A DNA stretch of 57,461 bases, counting the filler, from Platydemus manokwari (lineage: Eukaryota): the NCBI GenBank assembly GCA_037951405.1. It is 5 parts of 5 records of this genome, joined end to end, with 100 filler letters (N's around TTAATTAATTAA, not from the genome) between each part and the next. Parts side by side here need not be neighbours in the genome. Positions count along the whole stretch, not along the records: positions 20,751 to 31,167 come from JBBMOY011135328.1; positions 31,268 to 40,562 come from JBBMOY011270318.1; 3 more parts are not named here. One strand, 5' to 3'. Positions 27,978-40,562 of this stretch are shown here, piece after piece. Within the stretch, counting starts at the first letter, position 1; every line of letters starts with the position of its first letter. The position numbers were made by a program, and so were the translations under genes. Below the pieces are notes generated by a model. That model saw only the letters and a list, made by a program, of their open reading frames with translations, was not told the origin of the DNA and searched no databases.

Positions 27978-28151
27978 CAGATCAATAATCATAATAACAG
28001 CAGCAACAAAAATAATAACAAACGACACAGTCAAATAAATCTCATCAAAATCACACAATTATTGACTCCTGTCAAGAAGAGAAGAGTTGACCAATCAGAT
28101 CAATCGAAAATCAAATATTCCAGTTCAGAAACACACCATAAAATATTTTAA
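26941..28151 (+). CDS. Hypothetical basic, Ser/Asn-rich, probably disordered protein (about 252 aa, 5 coding exons)
   Basis: Phase-consistent GT-AG model: 26941-26948, 26997-27074, 27119-27208, 27255-27400, 27715-28151 (759 nt, no internal stop). It joins ORF-track fragments 27193..27546 and 27831..28151. Protein: MKEFPAYLINNTRQSRSRSRLDRF...KRSSSIGRFVKHVKRALTPRRR...poly-N...LLTPVKKRR...HKIF*. No family recognised. Confidence 0.7.
27484..27704. repeat. 13-bp minisatellite (TTGATTTATATTA)n in intron 4 of the orphan gene
   Basis: About 8 near-perfect units before the gap; the repeat resumes after it. Confidence 0.9.
27596..27695. other. Scaffold gap (100 N, no linker) inside a tandem repeat
   Basis: Plain N run flanked on both sides by the same 13-bp repeat. 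Confidence 0.95.
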
Positions 28152-28599
28152 ACTGAACTCGAATACTGATTATTGATTTATTGATTATTTACAAATACCG
28201 AGATGAGATTTTATTCGACAATAATTATTGATTTGATTATTGTTCCTGCAATTGAATTGTATATATAATGAATATAATTATTTTATTGATTTTCATTTGA
28301 TATTTTAATATGATTGATTGGATTATGGTAGATAATTGATTGGATTGAAATTACTTTATCGATTTTGTTTTATTGACTATCATGTAGTGATTTAATATTC
28401 AATTTCATTTAAGGTTTTCACTTATTCTTATTGATAAAAAACCTCACCGTTTAAATAATTTATTGCAGTATTGCTCGGTACCGAACATTACACAATCACC
28501 AGCATTCAATCTATCTATTAATTAAAGCTTAATAACTTTGATAATTTGGATAAAAGGTTTCGCTTGGATTTCAAATGAGTTGTGTATCAAAAATAGTGA

Positions 28600-30250
28600 A
28601 AAACATTTATCGAATATATCATGCTCGATAATTTATTTGATTGATGATGCTTTATTGTGGTTTTTTATTGAGAAGGCAGTATTTATCAATTATTAATGTT
28701 TGCTCCTAAAATATCAGAACATTATTGATGATAATATATTGATGTGTTTGAAATCATTAACTAATCAGCTATAAATCAAAATATTTACTGTGTGGCCGAA
28801 TAAATCACGACTGAATTCCAAAATTTCTTTTCTTATAAAATAAATATCTGTCGCGGTACGTATGAGTAGAATAATTTAAATGATATATTATTGAGTAATA
28901 TATTTGGCTGTTCTTTCTGAGATAATTTTATCGATTATTTATAATGATAAACATTCTCATATATTGGCATCAATATGACATCAATCTATACATATTCAAT
29001 ATACTACTTATGAATTGATTGTTTTACTGGAATAACTCGATAACATATAGAGTATGTTAGGAAGCACTATTTCTGAACTAGTGACCACAGTTTCAGTACG
29101 ATCCAGAGATTAAGAAGCCATATTTATTATCATTTTTGAAGGCACATTGGGAATATCTATCGATTGGCAATCGGGATATTTATTTTCAATAAAAATATGT
29201 CCAATATAATGTGCAGTACCCACATACTGGTAATATAATAATCAATATCGAAATAATACAATAATAAAAACAAATTTCTCAACATAGAACAAATTTTAAC
29301 GATAAAATTTTTTTACACCAAGATACAAAGACTGCTGAACTAGAGAACAAAAAAAATCCCAGCTCAAATTAATGAGAGATAAATAAAAAAGACTCTTCAT
29401 AAAGCGGAGGCAGAAAGCGGCCAACATAAAGAATCCAATATAATATAAATACAAATATCTGAATCAATACTTTGTTAATAAATTCGTTTCGTTATATTGA
29501 TGTATACAGTTGCACTGCTTGGATCCAGGCTATCAATGCCCGTGCGATTATTTCAATTTTATTGATTATTGTTATCAATGAACAATCGAAATGTCTATCT
29601 ATTTAAACAAAATCATCAATTGTTTGCAAGAATTATTTCAGTTATTTAAATCGTTTTGTGTACTTTTTGTAAATTAATTTATATCCACGCAATGATTTCA
29701 GTCCCATGAGCCAAGGGTAAGTTCCAATAAAACCATGACAACCATTATAAACAATATCGACAAATAAATCTCGATAAAGACTTAACTTTATAAATTTAAA
29801 ATAAAATTTGGTTTTGTACTCAATACAATCAATATCATATCGACAAGCTTGTCATCAACACAGAAGCAATTTATAGCAGGGTGCAAGTTTGTTTAAATAT
29901 TATCAAAAGTTCTCCAGATCGCTTTCGATACATTGAGCATGCTTCGCAGGTATTGATTTACAATAAAACACTATCAAACGATAATATTGAATTATTCAAT
30001 GAAAATTTTGTTGTCAGAATAATTATCTGTAAAAGAGTCATTTATTGAAACTGTATTGCACTTGTCTAGTGGTTCAACAAGATATTCAATTTGATTTTTT
30101 ATTTTTGAATTTTAAGAGTACAACTCTTGGCTTTCCAATACAACTCTTTCGAAATCCAAACGAAATATTTAATCCAAATTATCTAAGTTATGAAGCCCTA
30201 ATTAATAGACAGATTGAATGCTGACGATTACACACTGTTTGGTTTTGTTT
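28600..30250 (-). mobile_element. Decayed Penelope-like element (RT followed by GIY-YIG endonuclease)
   Basis: In order on the minus strand: LYWKAK (cf. LYGLPK), TFDNI*TNL.PAI (cf. SFDV.SLFTN.P), NGCHG..GTY (cf. G.AMG...GP), YVGTAHYIGHIF (cf. LPYVG.LSE.I) and VVY*ICID*C (cf. VVYKI.C.DC). Confidence 0.55.
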
Positions 30251-30539
30251 GAGTCTGAATTTCTGAAGGATTTTTAAGCTGGTAGTGTGTTTACGTAATT
30301 TATGCCTGACTCAAAAAGCGCAGCACGAAAGACTAAAAATAAGTTTGTAAATATAAATAAATAAACGCAATAGATAGAAACATAAAATTAATCGATCAAA
30401 TTACAACAATATGATCACAAATATGATTTACAATATCAAATATCAAAAATCAATAACGATAATTAAAAATCGATTAGTGTAAACAAATAAGAAAGTGAAT
30501 TGTTGAATTATTTCATAAATTGTTAATGTTTTGTCGTTT

Positions 30540-31030
30540 AAGTTAATTAGATCTTTGAGCGGAGACCTGTGAGGTCCTTTGTTGAGACTGTAGGATACTT
30601 TTGGGACCTAATAGTCTGGCAACTACTGAGATAAAAACTTTTTAAGTTCATCAGAATTGAAATTTTAATTGCATAATGATTGGGCGAGACATTCTAGAGT
30701 GCAATGGTGAGAATGTTTAAAGGAATAACTGCATAATATCATTGTCAAGACCATACAATAATAATATTGCTTTCAAAATTTGAAAGAGAAATAATAAATA
30801 TCCTTTCAAAATGATGACTGCTTCATATAGGGCCTTTGTGATAATATTTTCCTTTAACGATTGAGATTGCTTCAGAAAATCGATTTGTTTACACTTGAAA
30901 TTTCTTTGCAGTGAGAGTCTTTGAGCCATTTATGTTTCTATTTTTAGGAGGGTCTTAGATTTCTTGAAAAAAACTTTATATTATTTTATATTGTTGTTTT
31001 AGAAAATTTGGGGACCACACAATACTGCAA
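30540..31030 (-). mobile_element. CR1/L2-type LINE 3' fragment with 3' UTR
   Basis: VWSPNF motif. Its 3' tail (TAGTTGCCAG...CAAAGGACCTCACAGGTCTCCGCTCAAAGATCTAA) is homologous to 51710-51772. Confidence 0.6.
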
Positions 31031-31167
31031 TGAATTATTTGAACAGTAAGGTTTTTTATGAATAAAAAATAAGTGAAAACCTTAAATGAAATTGAATATT
31101 AAAGCACTACTGGATAGTCAATAAAACAAAATCGATAAAGTAATTTCAATCCAATCAATTATCTACC

Positions 31168-31267
31168 NNNNNNNNNNNNNNNNNNNNNNNNNNNNNNNNN
31201 NNNNNNNNNNNTTAATTAATTAANNNNNNNNNNNNNNNNNNNNNNNNNNNNNNNNNNNNNNNNNNNN
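31168..31267. other. Artificial contig spacer N44-TTAATTAATTAA-N44
   Basis: Same construct as at 10978. Confidence 0.97.
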
Positions 31268-31799
31268 GTGTGTAAGGTATGCATAATTTGACATCTTGCT
31301 CATAGGTAATTTTTGGGATAAAAATCGAATAAACTTGTAATTTATTTATACATTGAAAAGAAAGAAAAATGGTTTTAATAATTAAATGCCGGATAATCGA
31401 TAATTAACAGTCATCGGTTTATTAATTAATAGTGCAGATAAAATCAATGTTAAATGTAATCATTGATTATTTTAAAAGATAACTAATGGCAAATTGTAGA
31501 TAATTAAAATAAAAAACACAAATCAATAAATATCTACAGATTATATACTTTCATAATTTAAATATTTCAACATAAATAAATCTTAAATATTTCATGTTTT
31601 TTCAAAGCATTTTTATCGAACTCGTACCAAGCATTAATTTATCAGCAGTTTAGGAATCAAATCTCATCTCTAATAATATGGATCATATATAAATCATAAA
31701 TAGCCTTTTGGAAATATAAAAATCTATTTTAAAAGACCATTTTTAATCATAACACAAGAAGGCTTTTATCTGCATCACAGAGCTTTGCTTCACATCTTT

Positions 31800-32350
31800 T
31801 TAAAAATTTTTTATTTGATTATTCTTCGTCATCAGCGTAGATTTTATGTTCGTTTGATTGATTGAGGTGGTAGAGTAACATCAAAACTTTCGTGAATTGA
31901 TTGTCGGTTTCTTCCGAGTCACTATTTCTGTATATTTGATATTCTCATATTGCGTGATGTCATTCGATCCAGTATTGGTCTGAAGTTTGATATTTAGTGA
32001 AAACCTGGACCTGTGTTTTATCATGTGCCCAGCAAACATTTTATGTAGAATCTTAAATCTGAACTATGGCTTTTATTGACTTATAGAATACAGTTTCTGT
32101 ACCTGTTGATAAATTAAGTATCTGGTACAATAAGCCTTCCTTTGAAAATATGCTTTGTTGATATTTTGAAATTTATAAGGACACATCCAAATCTTTCTCC
32201 AATTTTTTGATGATCATTTAATTATCCGATTTTAAAAATATCAATCTCTTATAAAATAATCTTCCGACACCAATTTTTTATCACCACTAAAAGTTCCATA
32301 GTGAAATTAATTGTAATTAACGAATTGATGGAACTAATACCAATGACAGT
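31800..32350 (-). mobile_element. RTE-like LINE 3' remnant
   Basis: FAGHMIKHR (cf. WAGHV.RM), preceded by a degenerate KA...P.L.Y..E block. Confidence 0.45.
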
Positions 32351-34739
32351 TTTATATTAAAATAAATGGTAATAAAAGATAAATAGAAAAAAGTGAAATC
32401 TAATACCAACAAAATCATCAATAAACATCAAAAGAATTATTATCGAATAGTATCGATATTATCGATATATTATTTGATAGAGATAGTATTTAATTTCGTT
32501 AATATCTCAACTGAAATTATACAATTACCATTCTTAAATGAATATAATAAAAAAAGGTAACTATAATTGCTAAATATGTTTACTGAAGCTGACAAATTGA
32601 CTGAATGAAGCTTATTAAAATATTATTAATAATTCACAATGAAAACAAATCAATAAATACAATCGATTCTATCTGCAATTTATGAGAAAGTGGATTAAAT
32701 TGTATGTTTTTCGTTTACTACATATGCAGGTTTTTGACAGAATTCTGTTCAACCTAGATAACAGCTTTATCTAATAGTTAACAAGTTTTATTTCAAAAGT
32801 TTGCAAGAATCCAAATTACTTAAATCATAATAAAATCATTGATTTTAAGAAGATTTTTATCTATAAAACATGTTTGATGATTGGTTTTGCTCTGCTTTGT
32901 AGTTATCAAAAAAATTATCTTACTATTATAACGAAAACAAAACAACTAGAATAAATTTAAGTAAATGTCGTTGTGAAAAAAGAACTTTCTACTTTCATCC
33001 AATATCAAAAAATGTGAGGTCAAATATGAAGTATATTTTTAAAATGTTATACTTTATGATATTCTATGGTGAGTTTATTTGAAAAACAAATAATGTTTGT
33101 ACTATTTAAAAAACCCCACCAACAAAATATTGAAAGCAAATTCTTATTTCCACGAATTGACAGTCAAAATTTTAGTATTCAAACTTAACGTTTTATTTTT
33201 AAAAATTTGGATAAAATATCGGTTCAACATAATTCAAACAATACATTTTGTTACTTCAATATGTTTTGAGTAATGTTTTCAAGTATTTTTTACCTATTCG
33301 AATCAGGAAATATCATATTCGCATAAAAATATCATAATGAAAATTACTAAAATCTTTAAAAATCGATAAAAAATGTAATACCGAAAATATTTTTTTCAAA
33401 TTAAATTAGTCAATATTTCAAACTACTTACAAATTGTCAGTAGGACGTTGAGAAATTATTGATTTTTAAGAATTAATTTGTCCATGACGCTACTACATAT
33501 AATGATTTAAATAATTGTGATATTTGATAAACCAATATTTCACAAATCAATTAATTGAAAAATTATCACCTTAAATTTACTTTGTAATGGTTATTAATAT
33601 AACATTGAATGGTCAAAGTTAAATATTGTTTCTAAAGAATAATGTTTGAATTTGTATATCCACTTCATTTCATTATTATTTTTGTCATATTATTTTACAA
33701 GTAACCTGCGATAATTTGGCAAAAATTTATTAAATTATTAAATAAAATGTATTTTCTCGAAAATAATTGAAGCAATACAATAAAAGTCATTCAAAAATTG
33801 ATTTTTAATTTCCGTGAGGGATATGATGATATGAAACCGAAGTCCGCGATCAAGTTAATCAGTCAGTGTAAGATAGAAGTCTTCTTGTATCCATTAATTA
33901 ATAACTTTTGAAATTATGGATTCGAGACCATATGGAACTGATTATTAGGAAGGTCCATGAAACTGGAATTGACAAAGGTTCAATCAGCAAACCCACCTAA
34001 TCCACACCACCGTAAGAATTAAAATGATTTCCAAATCAATAGATAAACACATTAACTTTAAATATATTTTAAGAAATGAAAATTAAATTACAACGATGAG
34101 AATCAACAAATTATAACGATATATATAGAATTGTAAATATTGTTTGAATTCATTGAGTTTAATGTCTAAATTGTGAAACATTAAAAAGAAATTACATCTC
34201 TACTGACAATTATTTCAATCAAATTTTAATAGAGTTGTTTAGTTATTGTACAGTAACCTTAATATCAATGCAATTAGTGATATTTATCATTCTGAATCAG
34301 AAATTTACAAAATGTTTCAGCTGATCCCGTGTATTTTTCACAACATATATTTGAATTTTTCAACAATTCAGTTGTATTTCAAGGTCCTTGTTAAGGTCAA
34401 ATTCAAAGCTTAACTTATTAGGCAGTCACATAATCGTACACAGAATTCGATTATAAATAAATTCATACGACGAGATGTTTCTGGATTATAAAATTTCATA
34501 GCCATACTTGACAACTTACCTTGAGTAAAATAAAAATCCAAAAACAACCTTGGTGGCACCAAAATTGGATGCTCCCCAACACGATTACAGATAGATTTCT
34601 CATCCATATTCGGAAATCATCAATAAATCCCATGTAATAAATTTTGAAGTGCTCAACAGGGATTACCATATTACGTCAAGCAGAAATCTTTTTATATAAA
34701 AAATTGATTTTATTTGCTTAATAAGTTTAATTTATATCA

Positions 34740-35600
34740 AAATCTATGCAATATTGAAATTGTCATCGTCGTTTCACTTTGCATTGCATCTGACTGTGAA
34801 AAAGTTACCTGGGTGTTCACTGAAAAATTAAACCTTGAACCAGCAGTAGCATGCACGCTTTTTTAAGTTAGAAGAAACGTTTTCTGGGAACAGTGTTAAT
34901 TTTAACCAGATATCATACCAGTGACCAATAGTCTAACTGATTATAGTACGAAAAAAAGTTGGAGTAATGTTGAGATTTGATGATAAGCATAAGAATTCAG
35001 CGCAAGTAATTTGACAATGCGAAGTGCCACTATTAAGTGTAATTCTTATTCTGAAAGACGAAGAATTACGTCCATGTAAGGTGAATTGTGTACAAAATGG
35101 AATTTTATTCAACTGTTCTAACAAGGACTCCTTAGGTTCGCAACGTCATGCGCTACATCTGATTCAGTTTTCACATCAATGATTGTGCCAATAAACAATC
35201 ATTAAATTTACTGATTTACTAACCCTCATGCGTTTGAAGAAGAGATAGAGGTCATACAAATCTCCACTATCACTTAGTGAATCATGATATCGAAACAATA
35301 CGGAATGATTTCATTATTCATTTCCGCGTATGGAGTAAAATGTGCAAGTTTTATTTATATGGAATTTTTAGTGATAAATGCAATCGAAATTAATGATTTC
35401 AACAAGATGCAACACCGGCTCATTCTCCGCGATAATCTGACTAGAACCTCCGTGGAAGATGGATTGGATGTGGAGACACAGTGGAATGACTTCTATAATC
35501 ACTGGATTGAAAAGAACCTCTATCATTAACAATTCAGGAACAGGACTAACAGCTGGGAATAATACTAGACACGAACTCTGTGCCTATCATTAAAAAGTAA
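34740..35600 (+). mobile_element. Decayed FLYWCH-MULE transposase remnant
   Basis: Y*NCHRRFTLHC (cf. FLYWCH YW.C..R...C) and WNDFYNHWI...RNRTNSWE (cf. YF...WI...RTNN..E). Confidence 0.4.
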
Positions 35601-36293
35601 TTGAATTCTTTTCTAAGACACTGACAACTGCGTTGAAAATGAAGAATCACTTTTTGAGCCGTATTTTTTAAGCTGAATGTTTCAGTGAACACACAGGAAG
35701 TTTTTTCAGAGTCAAATGCAACGAAAGGGGAACGATGATGCATATTTTTCAAAACTATATAACTTACGATAGATATTCCGATTTGGTTATAAATTAAGCT
35801 TATTAAGCAAGTTACTCAAGGCAAATTGATAAGTATGGCATTAAATTTCTAATCCAGAAACATCTCGCACAAAAACTGTAAGAAAAAGGCCAAATAAAAA
35901 ATACTTAAATTTGGTAATTTAATAGTCTGAAAACATCATTATATGATAAATATTTTAATATAAATTATTTGTTTTATTATATTTGTGAACAATAGAGCTG
36001 ATTTGAAACTGAAATGCAATTACAACTTGTACACACAGTCAAGCAGTAAATGATAATGATACATAGTGAAATGACCGTGAATTCAAATAAATAATTGATC
36101 CAAATATTAGAGACCTTATCCAATACTGATAACTATAAAAAAATAACAGGATATGTCTAACGACTTGTCGAAATGGTCACTGATTCAATAATAAAACCTC
36201 TTTACGATATAAATGGTAATACTAAAGTTATTTTACATTATTTTAAAACAAATCAACTGATATTTATCAATAAATGTTATTAAAAACCCTTAC

Positions 36294-39200
36294 ATAATTT
36301 GAAGTAAGAAACGACTTGACATGTAAAAAGCATTGAAGTTTGAACGATATTGTCTTCTTGAATTCTTCTGCCAGTTGTACCATTTCATTGTAATCATCAT
36401 CATTAAGCAGTGGTCGAACTGATTGTAAGTACTGCACGAGATAATCATATTAACAATGTTAAAACGACAGATTATCCTAATAAATAAGCATGCCACTAGT
36501 GTCCATACCATTTACAGATTTATTTCTTCATGATAAGTTTATGAAATCAAATTAATAAACTAGACTTATTATTTAAGATAATTACCTTTCCACAAGCAGG
36601 TGTTAAACCAAAAATAATGAAATCTGAACAAACTTTATCATCTGAATACCTTTAACACATAATACATAAAGTTCTCAAATGCAAGGACACTATAAGTAAT
36701 TCATTTAACCACTTAAGCATCTCGAACGAGACCCTCTCGCTCATTAAATGTGTTCCGATTTGTGCTATCCCGAGTACCTCTCGCCACTTATAAATATTAA
36801 GTTCATATTTTTATCTGAAGCGATACCTTCTCGCCCGTTTGTATTTCATAGAGCTTAGTGTATATTTATTGTATGCTCGTTCGAATTTGGTTTCACAGTT
36901 CGAATTTTCATTTCACAGAAAAACCCTCGCATTAAGTGTTTAATAAATCTATTTTTATAAATAAAATTTCGAAAGATCTAAGGAGAAATAAATAAAAAAA
37001 ATTAACAGTCTTACTGGATATATTAGTTAATCAGATGTCATTGATAATCAAAACATAACAGAATCATTAAAATATAAAATAAAAATGTCCTGGATAATAA
37101 TATCGAAAACAGATGTGAACTCCAACATTAAAAGGACCTAGGCTCTATACCAATGCTTTATGAATATTCAACAGAATCTGCAGAGAAGTGACAAAGCTGA
37201 ATCCGAGATAGTGAGACATACTGAGATTGGAAGAGTAAATCAAAAATCAAATCATTTAAACTACTAGAAAGAAAATAATACAGCGATAACAATAAAGGAT
37301 AAAATGCAAGAGTACTTTAAATCCTTAATAAAAATAAATATTTATTCTTGCTGACAAATAATTTAAACCAATGAAATTTATATAAAAGGAGAAATTTTAT
37401 GCTTCAAATCGTTATATTTAGATTGAAAATGTTGGAAATATTTACTAGAAATCGTCATTTAAATAATCTGAGGCACCAATTTCAAACTACCATGCAATAA
37501 TTGAACCTTTTCTATCTTTTTCGTGATTATGATTAATGAATGATGATCATTAAAACTAACTCATTTGACTTTGAACAGGACTTTAGAATGTAGATATAAA
37601 TATGAAACTATAATTTAACTTGAATTGACCTTTACATATATTACAACAAAAATAATATTGTACTCGTCTTATGGTGTCATCAATTTTGGGTACAGGCAAT
37701 TTCGGTAGAGAATTTTGATACCCATACAATCGAACCTGTTTAGATTTGAAAAATTTTACTGCCGCCTAAATACAAGAACATCATGGAATTCGAAATCAAT
37801 TTGGATCGATTATAGATTACCATCCAAATTTTCGTACGTAATCGCATTGTTCCTCGAGGTTCGTACATCCAACTCAAATATGAAAATAAAAACCAAAGAA
37901 TATATCGCACCAAAATGACTCCCATTAGCCACATTATTAATGAAAATAAAACAATAGCAACGAATCTAGTATAAGTCCGAATGTTCAATGTTCTGTAAGT
38001 AAAATCCAATAGTTAATTTAATAATAGTGAAACATTTATTCCTATTCCTCAATACATGTTTTAAAAACCTTTAGAAATTTTTATAAATATACTAAACTTG
38101 GAATAAATAAAACGATTAATCCGTCTCCTAAAACACTTCATAATTTGAAATTGATTTACTTGAATTCAAGTTGATGGGACAGAAAATATATTGATATCAC
38201 TTTCAATAATATAATTCAATATGTTTAAAAGAGATAAATGATTTTTGCTTTTAAATTACAGAAAAGATAATTTTTTGTGGAAAATTGGCAAAATAAAAAT
38301 CGGTAAGGTAAAATAAAAATGAACTCTAATGCAGGATTTTATATCAAATATGCGAGATCGATGTTGAAATTTGTCGACTCTGACCTCATAACGTAATCGA
38401 TGACTGTTTCAGGATATTATTATGTCAGCAACCCGTTCAATAACTTGGCTTCACATATGGATCAAATATTACATTTTTACCTTTTTTTTAACAAATCTAT
38501 CTATCTATCCATATATATTGCAAAATCTAATGTAATAATCATTGAAGGCAATTATGACTGTCCATTATAAACTTATCGTTGCCAATTACATATTGAATAT
38601 TACCATCTATCAGTTGATTAGTACCAAATTAAAGTTGTAATGGTTTAATAATATACTAACAATTCTTAAAATATTATTCAGACTTATTATGATTATTATA
38701 CAATCATCTCACATTTTTAATGATGTAGTTGTGTTTGTTGTTTACTTTTTCTCTTAAAGATGCGCCTCTCTTCCAGTACTAACAAAGCTTCATATTTCTG
38801 CTTCACATACTTTTTGTTCCACAACTATTACATTGATGATGAAAATATGTGCCATCAGCAAAATAATTGTTAAATAATAAAATTAGTGGAGATACTTTCA
38901 AACCAATCAGTAAAATTTTAATTAACGATTTAATTGATCCAAATTAAAATATGATTCGGTACTGTTTTACTCTCTTTGCAGCCTTGTGTTATACAAAGAT
39001 TTTTAAATCCTTTCTGGAAATTGAAGATATTCGATATAAATATTTCTATAATGTCGAATTACAAATCAAACCAAATATAATTTAAATTTAAATACCCAGA
39101 TATTTTATTATCTAAAGTAAAAATATAAATCTGACTCATATATTTACAGAGGAATTCAATTTTAAACATTCGATCAATCCGGCTTATTAACACAAACTAA

Positions 39201-39944
39201 TAAAACATATATTTATAATTAAATGAATGGCACAATTGAGCCTTTATTTCAATTAATTTATTGATTTTTTTAACTTAGTCATGCTGATCTTACATTTATT
39301 TTGTACTTGAACTTCAAATTACCGATTATAGTACAATATATCAGTCATTGACTGGAGTTCATTAAAAAATCTTCAATCCAACATTACTATCGACAATTTT
39401 GTAAATATATATATTTTTTATTCTGCAATTACGCAACGAAGATATGTAAAATTAAAATAAAAACTTTAATTTGACTGCTATAAACAAATTACAATAATAT
39501 TGGTAATAAATTTAGAGTTCAAATAAATATTAACATATTTTTAATACATAATCGAATTACAGTAACATTCAAAAAAGTACTTGAAACTAAAATCCTCCAA
39601 AGCAGCCATACCATATTGACTAAAGTCATAGCCAATATGAATTGCTATACATATGATAACAGTCAGAATTGGCCAAGACGAAAACTGCAGTGGATAAACT
39701 CCATTGATCATTCTGTTCTATGTTATTGAAAACAAAATAATAATTTATTAGGTTTGAAAAATTGTATTCTGAATATTAGTTTACAAAAATTTTATTTAAA
39801 AACCTTTAAGTATGCCACTCGTCGTTTGAAGGATTTTTTAGCGACATAATATAACGCACCAATAGCCTCTTTATTAAAATTAATGTCAACACCTTCTTCG
39901 GTTACCTTAAATGAAAATGCCACAGCTTCATGAGCTTCTGCCAT
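36294..39944 (-). CDS. CPT1: Carnitine O-palmitoyltransferase 1, 5'-partial (coding exons 1-5)
   Basis: Exons on the minus strand, all GT-AG and in phase: 39944-39804 (MAEAHEAVAFSFKVTEEGVDINFNKEAIGALLYVAKKSFKRRVAYLK), 39717-39581 (NRMINGVYPLQFSSW...), 37992-37821 (...LFSYLSWMYEPRGTMRLRTKIWM), 37765-37664 (AAVKFFKSKQVRLYGYQNSLPKLPVPKIDDTIRR), 36431-36294 (YLQSVRPLLNDDDYNEMVQLAEEFKKTISFKLQCFLHVKSFLTSNY). The next expected exon (VSDWWEE...) was not seen before the contig end at 31268. Confidence 0.93.
36705..36943. mobile_element. piggyBac-type MITE in CPT1 intron 4
   Basis: TTAA at both ends; imperfect terminal inverted repeats TTAACCACTTAAGC and GCATTAAGTGTTTAA; four internal CTCGC-containing sub-terminal repeats. 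Confidence 0.6.
37100..37600 (-). mobile_element. CR1-like LINE 3' fragment in CPT1 intron 4
   Basis: KKIEKVQ...KLVPQI (cf. CR1 LEKVQRRATKLVP). Confidence 0.45.
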
Positions 39945-40562
39945 TAGATATCTATCTTTGGTTTTAAGATTTTAAAATAAAAAATTGTCAAGAAAAAATA
40001 TTAAAATTCTGAACTTGACAAAATGATTAGTTTAAAAAAATTTACCTATTTGGATACTATTTGATATATTAAAACTTTCATTGTTCGAATTTAAATATAA
40101 AAATTGTTCAATCTAATTTTCTATAGTAAAATGGACTTTATTTTGAAATTCATTCAGATCTTTATTGTGTAATAAAAATACGTGTCTATTACATAATAAG
40201 GAATATTTTAGTCATTAATAAAAATTCAATTAAAATTTTGATTACATGACGGCTTTTCTGAAAAAATATAAAAAAGCTAGACTTTTGCATTTTTTCATTT
40301 GATAATCTCTTCATTATTTCCTTTAACTGGAAAAACTTTATAAATATCGGTGAAATAGGATTAAATAAAATAAAATAAAACTAAATTTTCTTTATCAGAT
40401 TTTCTGTAGTTTACAAGCACCATTATTTAGTCTGCAATATTAGGAATGATTGAGGGTAAAATTATTAAAATTTAATGATAACTATTACTATAATTTTATT
40501 AATCATTATTAAAGAAATCTGACAAGCAGCATATTCAATATTTAATTTTAATTAATGCTTAA

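Noticed and set aside
37463-37596. Apparent decayed duplicate of CPT1 exon 5 (YLHS...SDY, about 134 nt), suggesting mutually exclusive exons or a CPT1 pseudogene
   Set aside because: It has no AG acceptor or GT donor. It reads better as a CR1 LINE fragment (KKIEKVQ...KLVPQI), and the true intact exon is at 36431-36294.
21199-39944. PANK relic plus CPT1 as a CoA/fatty-acid gene cluster
   Set aside because: They lie on different contigs separated by an artificial spacer.
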